The notes under the pieces: model-generated | Seen by the model: the letters and a program-made list of their open reading frames with translations, nothing else | Database searches by the model: none | Told to the model about the DNA's origin: nothing | Made by a program: the position numbers and the translations under genes | Shown here: positions 50,835 through 64,000 of the stretch, piece after piece | Numbering within the stretch: the first letter of the stretch is position 1 | How the letters are laid out: every line of letters starts with the position of its first letter | Source of the DNA: Eledone cirrhosa | Lineage: Eukaryota | DNA length: 64,000 nt | NCBI GenBank assembly: GCA_964016885.1 | Contig: OZ024740.1 | Span: 109,988,001 to 110,052,000, forward strand | Direction of reading: 5' to 3'

Positions 50835-50944
50835 CTTTTAAGCCAAATATTTGAACAAAACTTCAACATCAACATCATATACTTCAAACGACAAAAAAGG
50901 GAAAAGATACAAAAAAATTTCCATTCCATACATAAATTGACACC
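50835..50944 (-). other. Candidate 110-nt host exon
   Basis: Minus strand: long poly-T tract + CTGTGGCAG acceptor, non-repetitive body and AAG|GTAAAG donor. One frame is open (GVNLCMEWKFFCIFSLFCRLKYMMLMLKFCSNIWLK). Confidence 0.4.
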
Positions 50945-51086
50945 CTGCCACAGAAAAAAAAAAAAAAAAAAAAAATAGAGCATGCACAGACATATATATG
51001 GCTCTATATATATCTATATATATCAAACTAATATATATATATATCTATATATATCAAACTAATATATATATTAAGGATTTCCTCTA

Positions 51087-51200
51087 TTGCCTAGTGGTTA
51101 GGGCATTTGACTCTTGACAATGAGGTCATGGTTTCAACTCCTAGATCAGGCAGTGTGTTGCATTTGTGAGTAAAATATTTTATCTCATATTGCTCCTTCT
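51087..51200 (+). mobile_element. Decayed SINE family 2 head
   Basis: TTGCCTAGTGGTTAGGG..GGTTTCAACTCC..TTGCTCC. Confidence 0.55.
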
Positions 51201-52000
51201 GTCAAGAGATGCAACCAACAGATATTATTGGCAACAAGAAGACAATTGGAAACATTATTTCTTGGGTCTGATCTGATGATTTCTTTCTTTCCTTTCCTTT
51301 CTATTGTCTAAACTTAGATGAATTAAAGAGACATATTTCATGATTTTCAAATAATTGAGAAAATACTTAGAATTTGGATAGATTTAGGAATATAACTCAT
51401 TTTCTCATTATTAAGCTGGTGTTAGGAACATAAATTAAAGGCTCCTACATAGAACTATGATGGAAGGGTTTTATAAAAGATAAATAGAAGCTTTTTAAAA
51501 TAAAAGTTTTCTATCACAGAATCAGGGGTAGTTTCAGGCAGTTTGGTATGAAATGGGTTAAAGTTTGTTAGAGAAACTGAATATTACTTATTCCATCTGT
51601 AAAACAATGGGTTCTGTACTAGTGTGTTGGTAATGGTGATTAGTATCTAGGTTAAGAATAATTCTCTGCTTTAGTCACTGCAGAGACATCCGATACATTG
51701 GTCAGTTAGCAAGTAAACCAGACACTACTATTAAACTGGTGGAACAAGTTTTAATGATTTTTTTTTAGCATGGTCACTACAACCACTATATTTATTGGTT
51801 AGCCAACAATTGGAAATAGTGGTCAGTACACTGTGGTTTGAGAGGATTTTTTTCTCTTTTGTTATTACAAAGTTTCTGTTTAAACAGACTCTTAGTGAGA
51901 AAGCAATCAGCTAGCAAGCAAGCAGTGACTATACAGTTAGTGGTGGAAAATGATTAATGATTTTATATAGTTATTAAAACTATATATATATGTGTGTATG

Positions 52001-52036
<36 letters not shown>

Positions 52037-52238
52037 CAGGATATCCATAGATAAAAGGTCAAGGAAAACAATGCTTAATCTATTGTAAGAGAGCTTATGA
52101 GAGGCCAGTATTGAAATGGTCCCTCCACTAGACAGTGGTGGCCATAGTTGGACCCCAAAACCCAAGATTGCACAGACATGTTAGTGTATGGAATTTTAAT
52201 TATACTATATATATATGATATATATAGTATACTCTCTA

Positions 52239-52271
<33 letters not shown>

Positions 52272-52619
52272 CATCATCATCATCATCATTGTTTAACGTC
52301 CATTTTCCATGCTAGCATGGGTTGGACAGGTTGTACCGTTTGAGACAAGTCAGGTTAGGTGACACCTAATTAACCACTTTACAGTGTGGGCCAGGTGCTT
52401 TTTGTTGTGACACCTACAACCACTTTACAGTGTGGGCCGGGTGCTTTTAGAAATATGGTCATGAAAGGGTTAAACTGGATATACACAGGAACTCACTGAC
52501 CATCTGTAGAGTGTCTAGAGACATACCCGTATTGAAAGTAGAAGGTAAAAGCTGCAATGAAAACCATCTTTCCATCATAATCTCATTTGATCATCAAGAG
52601 TGTTGTGGAAGCAGAGTCC

Positions 52620-53090
52620 TCAAGCATGCCTTCCAGCAGGTCTTATCAGAAGCAACCATCTTCAATTACACAGGATGGATCCCCAAGTGAGCCCAACCAA
52701 GCCCATGGCTGTTATTCAATTATCTTACTCGGGGTCTACTCCTAACTCTCCTGCCGGTTGGTTTTGCCTGTAAAATCTGTTCAGTGATTCTTTCCTGAGA
52801 CATTCTGAGCACATGCCTGTAGTATCAGAGCTGTGATCTTTCAATTCGGAGAAGTAGCGGCTCTATCTGTAGCAACTCTCTGATCGCTGAGCTATGACTC
52901 AATCAAGTAACGTTACTTTAAGGACCTTTTGGATGAACCCCATTTTGGCCACTTGTATTCATAATCATATTATTTCAGTCATTATCTAAGATTCATGACC
53001 ATAGGTAAGGGTTGGCATGAATACCGAATTGAAGCTAGTAAGGTTGGCTTTTAAACCTGCCTCCCTTCTTCTGATGATTGAATGCTGAGA
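52620..53090 (-). pseudogene. Decayed Expander/Rex3-like RTE fragment
   Basis: FNSVFMPTLTYGHES*IMTE..IQVAKMGFIQKV and LLRIERSQL*YYRHVLRMSQER. Confidence 0.7.
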
Positions 53091-54379
53091 TATCTCATAT
53101 AAATAAATAGAATTTTTCTCTTTTGTGTTTGTTACTTTCATTTATTGCAATGATTGGATATAGGGAATAATTCTGATATTGTTAATCACAAGAGAAGGTT
53201 CTGTATTAGGTCTCTCTGATGGGGGATTAATTTAATGGTTGATCAAACAAACTGAATGTAATCCTGATTTAGTAATCATCATCACTAAAGCACAATAGAG
53301 CATTGGTGAATGGGAGAGAGAAGGGAGAAATAATATCTTGGTGGAACTGACTGGAATCTTATGCCACTTAGGAGAGAGAGAGAGAAGGAGAGAGAGAGAG
53401 AGAGAAGGAAAGAGAGAGAAAGAGGGGGAAAATGAAAGAGAGAAAGGGGGAGAGTGAGAGAGAGAGAGAGGGGGGAGAGTGAGAGAGAGAAAGAGAGAGA
53501 GAGGTAGAGAGGGTTGGTTCTAGTAGAACGACTAATTAGATGTTACTATATTATATGTTAGTGGATCAACTGTAAGAGGGGGGGTGGGATTCACAACATA
53601 GTGGGATGATTGTCAGATAGATAGATATATAGTGAGAGATAAATAGATATAGAAATAAGATAAAAACATACAGTTGTGTGTCTGAGAGAGAGTGAGGATT
53701 AATGTTGTAGTGAGATATAAGAAAAACAACAAAAAGATGCCAACCCAGAGTTGGGGAGGGGGGGGGGGACTCTTTAGTGGCTGATGCCACAATAAATAGC
53801 AATACATTCTGTAAAGTAGTCAGTGTTAGGAAGGGTATCCAGTCATAGAAACCATACTAATTGAAGAGTTGAGAGGAATCTTCAGTTGTGTCATAGGCAC
53901 AACAACCTCTTAAGTGGTAGTATGATAAAATGCACTCAGTACACTTTAACCTTTATCATGCTAGCAATTTTTATAAGTTGTTTCCTTTGACATTGCATTA
54001 TCTATTAAGGGGAGATTACTCTATGGTGCATTTTGTCGCCTCCAACGCTCTAAAAGTTAAAGTGGTTGATGCTAGGATGGGCATCCAGCTATAGTAAACA
54101 TGCTAAAATTGGAAAATATGTAAACAAAATGTGACATCCTACCTGTTAGGGAGGATAGTAACTCTGATCAAGTACTGATTAGGTCAGTAATAACCAGTCC
54201 AACCTATTTAAACATGGAAAAACAGACGTTAACTCTTTTGATACAAACTGTGCCAAAACCACCTCTGGTTCTATGAAACAAAAATTACCTATTTTAAGGG
54301 TTCCTATTTAAATTTAAATTTTCTAACATAATTTTATTTCACATTTTGAGGTCAGACATGTCAGATGATTGCATCTCAG

Positions 54380-57300
54380 TTTGATTTCTATGGATGAATG
54401 CCCTTCTTAAAGCATGAACTGGGTGCATTTTATTATGGCTCAAGCATTATCACTTTACAGTGTGATTTCATTGTGGCTTAACCATTATCACTTTACAGTG
54501 TGATCCGGGTACTTTTTATTGTGGGACCTGCAGTGTGCCTGAGTGCATACTTTACAGTGTGAACTGAGTGCATCATATTGTGGTACCAACACCACCAATT
54601 TACAGTGTAAGATGGGTGCATTTTATTGTGGCACCAGCACCACTAATTTACAGTGTAAGATGGGTGCATTTTATTGTGGCACCAGCACCACCAATTTACA
54701 GAGTTAGATGAGTGTATTCTATTGTGCCACCACCACCACCACTTTACAGTGTGAGATGAGTGTAATCTATTGTGGGACAAGTACTACCACTTTACAGTGT
54801 GAGATGAGTGTATTCTATTGTGGCACCACCATTACCACTTTACAGTGTGAGATGAGTGTATTCTATTGTGGCACCAGTACTACCACTTTACAGTGTGGGA
54901 TGAGTGTATTCTATTGTGCCACTTCCACTTTACAGTGTGAGATGAGTGTATTCTATTGTGGCACCACCACTACCAGTCTACAGTGTGAGATGAGTGTATT
55001 CTATTGTGGCACCACCACTACCACTTTACAGTGAGAGATGAGTGTATTCTATTGTCGCACCACCACCACCACTTTACAGTGTGAGCTGATTGTATTCTAT
55101 TGTGGCACCAGTACTACCACTTTACAGTGTGAGCTGTATGTATTCTATTGTGACACCACCACTACCACTTTACAGTGTGAAATGTGTGTATTCTATTGTG
55201 GCACCACCACGACCACTTTACAGTGTGAGATGAGTGTATTATATTGTGACACCTGTACTACCACTTTACAGTGTGAGATGAGTGTATTCTATTGTGGCAC
55301 CACCACTACCACTTTACAGTGTGAGATGAGTGTATTATATTGTGACACCTGTACTACCACTTTACAGTGTGAGATGAGTGTGTTCTATTGTGGCACCACC
55401 ATTACCACTTTACAGTGTGAGATGAGTGTATTCTATTGTGGCACCAGTACTACCACTTTACAGTGTGGGATGAGTGTATTCTATTGTGCCACTTCCACTT
55501 TACAGTGTGAGATGAGTGTATTCTATTGTGGCACCACCACTACCAGTCTACAGTGTGAGATGAGTGTATTCTATTGTGCCACCACCACTACCACTTTACA
55601 GTGTGAGCTGTATGTATTCTATTGTCGCACCACCACCAACACTTTACAGTGTGAGCTGATTGTATTCTATTGTGGCACCAGTACTACCACTTTACAGTGT
55701 GAGCTGTATGTATTCTATTGTGACACCACCACTACCACTTTACAGTGTGAAATGAGTGTATTCTATTGTGGCACCACCACGACCACTTTACAGTGTGAGA
55801 TGAGTGTATTATATTGTGACACCTGTACTACCACTTTACAGTGTGAGATGAGTGTATTCTATTGTGGCACCACCACTACCACTTTACAGTGTGAGATGAG
55901 TGTATTATATTGTGACACCTGTACTACCACTTTACAGTGTGAGATGAGTGTATTCTATTGTGGCACCAGCACTACCACTTTACAGTGTGAGATGTGTGTA
56001 TTCTATTGTGGCACCACCACTTTACAGTGTGAGATGAGTGTATTCCATTGTGGCACCACCACTACCACTTTACAGTGTGAGATGAGTGTATTCTATTGTG
56101 GAACCAGTACTACCACTTTACAGTGTGAGATGAGTGTATTCTATTGTGACACCACCACCACCACTTTACAGTGTGAGATGAGTGTATTCTATTGTGGCAC
56201 CAGTACTACCACTTTACAGTGTGAGATGAGTGTATTCTATTGCGGAACCAGTACTACCACTTTACAGTGTGAGATGAGTGTATTCTATTGTGGCACCAGC
56301 ACTACCACTTTACAGTGTGAGATGAGTGTATTCTATTGTGACACCAGTACTACCACTTTACAGTGTGAGATGAGTGTATTCTATTGTGGGACCAGTACTA
56401 CCACTTTAGAGTGTGAGATGAGTGTATTCTATTGTGGCACCACCACTACCACTTTACAGTGTGAGATGTGTGTATTCTATTGTGGCACCACCACTTTACA
56501 GTGTGAGATGAGTGTATTCTATTGTGGCGCCACCACTACCACTTTACAGTGTAAGATGAGTGTATTCTATTGTGGCGCCACCACTACCACTTTACAGTGT
56601 GAGATGAGTGTATTCTATTGTGGCACCACCACTACTACGTTACAGTGTGAGATGAGTGTATTCTATTGTGGCACCACCACTACCACTTTACAGTGTGAGA
56701 TGAGTGTATTCTATTGTGGCACCACCACTACCACTTTACAGTGTGAGATGAGTGTATTCTATTGTGGCGCCACCACTACCACTTTACAGTGTGAGATGAG
56801 TGTATTCTATTGTGGCACCACCACTACTACGTTACAGTGTGAGATGAGTGTATTCTATTGTGGCACCACCACTACCACTTTACAGTGTGAGATGAGTGTA
56901 TTCTATTGTGGCACCACCACCACCACTTTACAGTGTAAGATGAGTGTATTCTATTGTGCCACCACCACTACCACTTTACAGTGTGAGATGAGTGTATTCT
57001 ATTGTGGCACCACCACTACCACTTTACAGTGTGAGATGAGTGTATTCTATTGTGGGACCACCACCACCACTTTACAGTGTGAAATGAGTATATTCTATTG
57101 TGGCACCAGCACCACCACTTTACAGTGTGAGATGAGTGTATTCTATTGTGGCACCAGTACTACCACTTTACAGTGTGAGATGAGTGTATTCTATTGTGGC
57201 ACCAGCACTTTACAGTGTGAGATGAGTGTATTCTATTGTGGGACCACCACCACCACTTTACAGTGTGAAATGAGTATATTCTATTGTGGCACCAGCACCA

Positions 57301-60300
57301 CCACTTTACAGTGTGAGATGAGTGTATTCTATTGTGGCACCATTACTACCACTTTACAGTGTGAGATGAGTGTATTCTATTGTGGCACCAGCACTTTACA
57401 GTGTGAGATGAGTGTATTCTATTGTGGGACCACCACCACCACTTTACAGTGTGAAATGAGTATATTCTATTGTGGCACCACCACCACCACTTTACAGTGT
57501 GAGATGAGTGTATTCTATTGTGGGACCACCACCACCACTTTACAGTGTGAAATGAGTATATTCTATTGTGGCACCAGCACCACCACTTTACAGTGTGAGA
57601 TGAGTGTATTCTATTGTGGCACCAGTACTACCACTTTACAGTGTGAGATGAGTGTATTCTATTGTGGCACCAGTACTACCACTTTACAGTGTGAGATGAG
57701 TGTATTCGATTGTGGCACCACCACTACCACTTTACAGTGTGAGATGAGTGTATTCTATTGTGGCACCACCACTATCACTTTACACTGTGAGCTGTATGTA
57801 TTCTATTGTGGCACCACCACTACCACTTTACAGTGTGAGATGAGTGTAATCTATTGTGGCACCACCACTACCACTTTACAGTGGGAGATGAGTGTATTCT
57901 ATTGTGGCACCACCACTACCACTTTACAGTGAGAGATGAGTGTAATCTATTGTGGGACCAGTACTACCACTTTACAGTGTGAGATGAGTGTATTCTATTG
58001 TGGCACCAGCAGTACCACTTTACAGTGTGAGCTGAGTGTATTCTATTGTGGCACCACCACTACCAATTTTACAGTGAGATGAGTGTATTCTATTGTGACC
58101 CCACCACTACCACTTTACAGTGTGAGATGAGTGTATTCTATTGTGGCACCAGTACTACCACTTTACAGTGTGAGATGAGTGTATTCTATTGTGGCACCAC
58201 CACTACCACTTTACAGTGTGAGATGAGTGTATTCTATTGTGGCACCAGCACTACCACTTTACAGTGTGAGATGAGTGTGTTCCATTGTGGAACAACAACT
58301 ACCAATTTTACAGTGAGATGAGTGTATTCTATTGTGACCCCACCACTACCACTTTACAGTGTGAGATGAGTGTATTCTATTGTGGCACCACCACTACCAC
58401 TTTACACTGTGAGCTGTATGTATTCTATTGTGGCACCACCACTACCACCTTACAGTTTGAGATGAGTGTATTCTATTGTGGGACCAGTACTACCACATTA
58501 CAGTGTGAGATGAGTGTATTCTATTGTGGCACCAGCACTTTACAGTGTGAGATGAGTGTATTCTATTGTGGTACCAGTACTACCACTTTAAAGTGTGATG
58601 AGTGTAATCTATTGTGGTACCAGTACTACCACTTTACAGTGTGAGATGAGTGTATTCTATTGTGGCACCAGCAGTACCACTTTACAGTGTGAGATGAGTG
58701 TATTCTATTGTGGGACCAGTACTACCACATTACAGTGTGAGATGAGTGTATTCTATTGTGGCACCAGTACTACCACTTTAGAGTGTGAGATGAGTGTATT
58801 CTATTGTGGTACCAGTACTACCACTTTACAGTGTGAGATGAGTGTATTCTATTGTGGCACCAGCACTAACACTTTACAGTGTGAGCTGTATGTATTCCAT
58901 TGTGGCACCAGCAGCACCACTTTACAGTGTGAGATGAGTGTATTCTATTGTAGCACCAGCACCACCACTTTACAGTGTGAGCTGTATGTATTCTATTGTG
59001 GGACCACCACTACCACTTTACAGTGTGAGATGAGTGTATTCTATTGTGGAACCACCACCACCACTTTACAGTGTGAGATGAGTGTATTCTATTGTGGCAC
59101 CACCACTACCACTTTACAGTGTGAGATGAGTGTATTCTATTGTGGGACCAGTACTACCACTTTACAGTGTGAGATGAGTGTATTCTATTGTGGCACCAGC
59201 ACTACCACTTTACAGTGTGAGATGAGTGTATTCTATTGTGGCACCACCACTACCCCTTTACAGTGTGAGATGAGTGTATTCTATTGTGGCACCACCACTT
59301 CCACTTTACAGTGTGAGATGAGTGTATTCTATTGTGGAACCACCACTACCACTTTACAGTGTGAGATGAGTGTATTCTATTGTGGCACCAGTACTACCAC
59401 TTTACAGTGTGAGATGAGTGTATTCTATTGTGGCACCACCACCACCACTTTACAGAGTAAGATGAGTGTATTCTATTGTGCCACCACCACTACCACTTTA
59501 CAGTGTGAGATGAGTGTATTCTATTGTGGCACCAGCACTACCACTTTACAGTGTGAGATGAGTGTATTCTATTGTGGCACCACCACTTCCACTTTACAGT
59601 GTGAGATGAGTGTATTCTATTGTGGCGCCACCACTACCACTTTACAGTGTGAGATGAGTGTATTCTATTGTGGCACCAGTACTACCACTTTACAGTGTGA
59701 TATGAGTGTATTCTATTGTGGAACCACTACCACCACTTTACAGTGTGAGATGAGTGTATTATATTGTGACACCTGTACTACCACTTTACAGTGTGAGATG
59801 AGTGTATTCTATTGTGTCACCAGCACTACCATTTTACAGTGTGAGATGAGTGTATTCTATTGTGGCACCAGTACTACCACTTTACAGTGTGAGCTGTATG
59901 TATTCTATTGTGGCACCAGTACTACCACTTTACAGTGTGAGATGAGTGTATTCTATTGTGGTACCAGTACGACCACTTTACAGTGTGAGATGAGTGTATT
60001 CTATTGTGGCACCAGTACTACCACTTTACAGTGTGAGCTGTATGTATTCTATTGTGGCACCAGTACTACCACTTTACAGTGTGAGATGAGTGTATTCTAT
60101 TGTGGGACCAGTACTACCACTTTACAGTGTGAGATGAGTGTATTCTATTGTGGCATCACAACTACCACTTTAGAGTGTGAGATGAGTGTATTCTATTGTG
60201 GCACCAGCACCACCACTTTACAGTGTGAGATGAGTGTATTCTATTGTGGCACTACCACTTTACAGTGTAAGATGAGTGTATTCTATTGTGGCACCAGTAC

Positions 60301-63300
60301 TACCACTTTACAGTGTGAGATGAGTGTATTCTATTGTGACACCAGCACTACCACTTTACAGTGTGAGATGAGTGTATTCTATTGTGGCACCACCACTACC
60401 ACTTTACAGTGTGAGCTGAGTGTATTCTATTGTGGCACCACCACTACCACTTTACAGTGTGAGCTGAGTGTATTCTATTGTGGCACCACCACTACCACTT
60501 TACAGTGTGAGATGAGTGTATTCTATTGTGGCACCACCACGACCACTTTACAGTGTGAGATGAGTGTATTCTATTGTGGCACCATCACCACCACTTTACA
60601 GTGTGAGATGAGTGTATTCTATTGTGGCACCACCACGACCACTTTACAGTGTGAGATGAGTGTATTCTATTGTGGCACCATCACCACCACTTTACAGTGT
60701 AAGATGAGTGTATTCTATAGTGGCACCACCACTACCACTTTACAATGTGAGATGAGTGTATTCTATTGTGGCACCAGCACCACCACTTTACAATGTGAGA
60801 TGAGTGTATTCTATTGTGGCACCATCACCAGCACTTTACAGTGTAAGATGAGTGTATTCTATAGTGGCACCACCACTACCACTTTACAATGTGAGATGAG
60901 TGTATTCTATTGTGGCACCAGCACCACCACTTTACAATGTGAGATGAGTGTATTCTATTGTGGCACCATCACCACCACTTTACAGTGTAAGATGAGTGTA
61001 TTCTATAGTGGCACCAGCACCACCACTTTACAATGTGAGATGAGTGTATTCTATTGTGGCACCATCACCACCACTTTACAGTGTAAGATGAGTGTATTCT
61101 ATTGTGGCACCAGCACCACCACTTTACAATGTGAGATGAGTGTATTCTATTGTGGCACCATCACCACCACTTTACAGTGTAAGATGAGTGTATTCTATAG
61201 TGGCACCACCACTACCACTTTACAGTGTAAGATGAGTGTATTCTATTGTGGCACCAGCACTACCACTTTACAGTGTGAGATGAGTGTATTCTATTGTGGC
61301 ACCACCACGACTACTTTACAGTGTGAGCTGAGTCTATTATACTGTGGCACCACCACTACCACTTTACAGTGTGAGATGAGTGTATTCTATTGTGGCACCA
61401 GTACTACCACGTTACAGTGTGAGATGAGTGTATTCTATTGGGGCACCACCACTACCACTTTACAGTGTGAGATGAGTGTATTCATTTGTGGCACCACCAC
61501 GACCACTTTACAGTGTGAGCTGAGTCTATTATACTGTGGCACCACCACTACCACTTTACAGTGTGAGATGAGTGTATTCTATTGTGGCACCAGTACTACC
61601 ACGTTACAGTGTGAGATGAGTGTATTCTATTGGGGCACCACCACTACCACTTTACAGTGTGAGATGAGTGTATTCTATTGTGGCCAAGACCACTTTACAG
61701 TGTGAGCTGAGTCTATTATACTGTGGCACCACCACTACCACTTTACAGTGTGAGATGAGTGTATTCTATTGTGGCACCACCACTACCACTTTACAGTGTG
61801 AGCTGTATGTATTCTATTGTGGCACCACCACTACCACTTTACAGTGTGAGCTGTATGTATTCTATTGTGGCACCAGTACTACCACGTTACAGTGTGAGAT
61901 GAGTGTATTCTATTGGGGCACCACCACTACCACTTTACAGTGTGAGATGAGTGTATTCTATTGGGGCACCACCACGACCACTTTACAGTGTGAGATGAGT
62001 GTATTCTATTGGGGCACGACCACCACCACTTTACAGTGTGAGATGAGTGTATTCTATTGTGGCACCACCACTACCACTTTACACTGTGAGCTGTATGTAT
62101 TCTATTGTGGCACCACCACTACCACTTTACAGTGTGAGCTGTATGTATTCTATTGTGGCACCAGTACTACCACTTTGCAGTGTGAGCTGATTGTATTCTA
62201 TTGTGGCACCAGTACTACCACTTTACAGTGTGAGATGAGTGTATTCTGTTGTGGCACCAGCACTTTACAGTGTGAGATGAGTGTATTCTATTGTGGCACC
62301 ACCACTACCACTTTACAGTGTAAGATGAGTGTATTCTATTGTGGCACCACCACTTCCACTTTACAGTGTGAGATGAGTGTATTCTATTGTGGAACCACCA
62401 CTACCACTTTACAGTGTGAGATGAGTGTATTCCATTGTGGCACCAGTACTACCACTTTACAGTGTGATATGAGTGTATTCTATTGTGGGACCACCACCAC
62501 CACCACTTTACAGTGTGAGATGAGTGTATTATATTGTGACACCTGTACTACCACTTTACAGTGTGAGATGAGTGTATTCTATTGTGTCACCAGCACTACC
62601 ATTTTACAGTGTGAGATGAGTGTATTCTATTGTGGCACCAGTACTACCACTTTACAGTGTGAGCTGTATGTATTCTATTGTGGCACCAGTACTACGACTT
62701 TACAGTGTGAGATGAGTGTATTCTATTGTGGCACCAGTACTACCACTTTACAGTGTGAGATGAGTGTATTCTATTGTGGCACCAGTACTACCACTTTACA
62801 GTGTGAGATGAGTGTATTCTATTGTGGCACCAGCACTACCACTTTACAGTGTGAGATGAGTGTATTCTATTGTGGCACCACCACTACCACTTTACAGTGT
62901 GAGATGAGTGTATTCTATTGTGGCACCAGTACTACCACGTTACAGTGTGAGATGAGTGTATTCTATTGTGGCACCACCACTACCACTTTACAGTGTAAGA
63001 TGAGTGTATTCTATTGTGGCACCACCACTACCACTTTACAGTGTGAAATGAGTGTATTCTATTGTGGCACCAGTACCACCACTTTACAGTGTGAGATGAG
63101 TGTATTCTATTGTGGCACCACCACGACCACTTTACAGTGTGAGATGAGTGTATTCTATTGTGGCACCATCACCACCACTTTACAGTGTAAGATTAGTGTA
63201 TTCTATTGTGGCACCAGTACTACCACTTTACAGTGTGAGATGAGTGTATTCTATTGTGGCACCATCACCACCACTTTACAGTGTAAGATTAGTGTATTCT

Positions 63301-64000
63301 ATTGTGGCACCAGTACTACCACTTTACAGTGTAAGATGAGTGTATTCTATTGTGACACCAGCACTACCACTTTACAGCGTGAGATGAGTGTATTCTATTG
63401 TGGCACCACCACGACCACTTTACAGTGTGAGCTGAGTGTATTATATTGTTGCACCACCACTACCACTTTACAGTGTGAGATGAGTGTATTCTATTGTGGC
63501 ACCAGTACTACCACGTTACAGTGTGAGATGAGTGTATTCTATTGGGGCACCACCACTACCACTTTACACTGTGAGCTGTATGTATTCTATTGTGGCACCA
63601 CCACTACCACTTTACACTGTGAGCTGTATGTATTCTATTGTGGCACCACCACTACCACTTTACAGTGTGAGAAGAGTGTATTCTGTTGTGAGACCAGTAC
63701 TACCACTTTACAGTGTGAGATGAGTGTATTCTATTGTGGTACCAGTACTACCACTTTACAGTGTGAGATGAGTGTATTCTGTTGTGAGACCAGTACTACC
63801 ACTTTACAGTGTGAGATGAGTGTATTCTATTGTGAGACCAGTACTACCATTTTACAGTGTGAGATGAGTGTATTCTATTGTGGCACCACCACTACCACTT
63901 TACAGTGTGAGATGAGTGTATTCTATTGTGGCACCACCACTACCACTTTACAGTGTGAGATGAGTGTATTCTATTGTGACACCAGCACTACCACTTTACA
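54380..64000. repeat. 48-bp tandem satellite (TGTGAGATGAGTGTATTCTATTGTGGCACCACCACTACCACTTTACAG), ~200 units, running off the window end
   Basis: Continuous array with 42-bp deletion variants. The left edge grades from a decayed RTE 3' UTR. Confidence 0.97.

Noticed and set aside
54700-64000. CRISPR-like regular array
   Set aside because: Head-to-tail tandem units with no unique spacers.

Overview
AT-rich, microsatellite-dense eukaryotic (metazoan) DNA with no bacterial features. The repeat content (RTE LINEs with (CAT)n tails, tRNA-derived SINEs, long (TA)n tracts) suggests a cephalopod/octopus-like genome, which is an inference. Most ORFs in the track are microsatellite artefacts. Supported content: two large tandem arrays (1-2600 and ~54.4-64 kb), about a dozen 5'-truncated or decayed RTE-clade LINE copies from several subfamilies, a mariner pseudogene split by an RTE, two SINE families, MITEs, a non-autonomous Helitron and one candidate host exon. 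Three signals stand out. (1) A ~3.6 kb island (28.6-32.2 kb) holds a three-exon SGNH/GDSL-hydrolase-like gene that the ORF track only partly shows, a BACK-like ORF, long inverted repeats and Helentron-like terminal signatures. (2) Several minimal hammerhead ribozyme motifs sit in Penelope-like inverted or tandem repeats. (3) A >9.5 kb array of 48-bp units appears to have grown from the internal repeat of the RTE 3' UTR.
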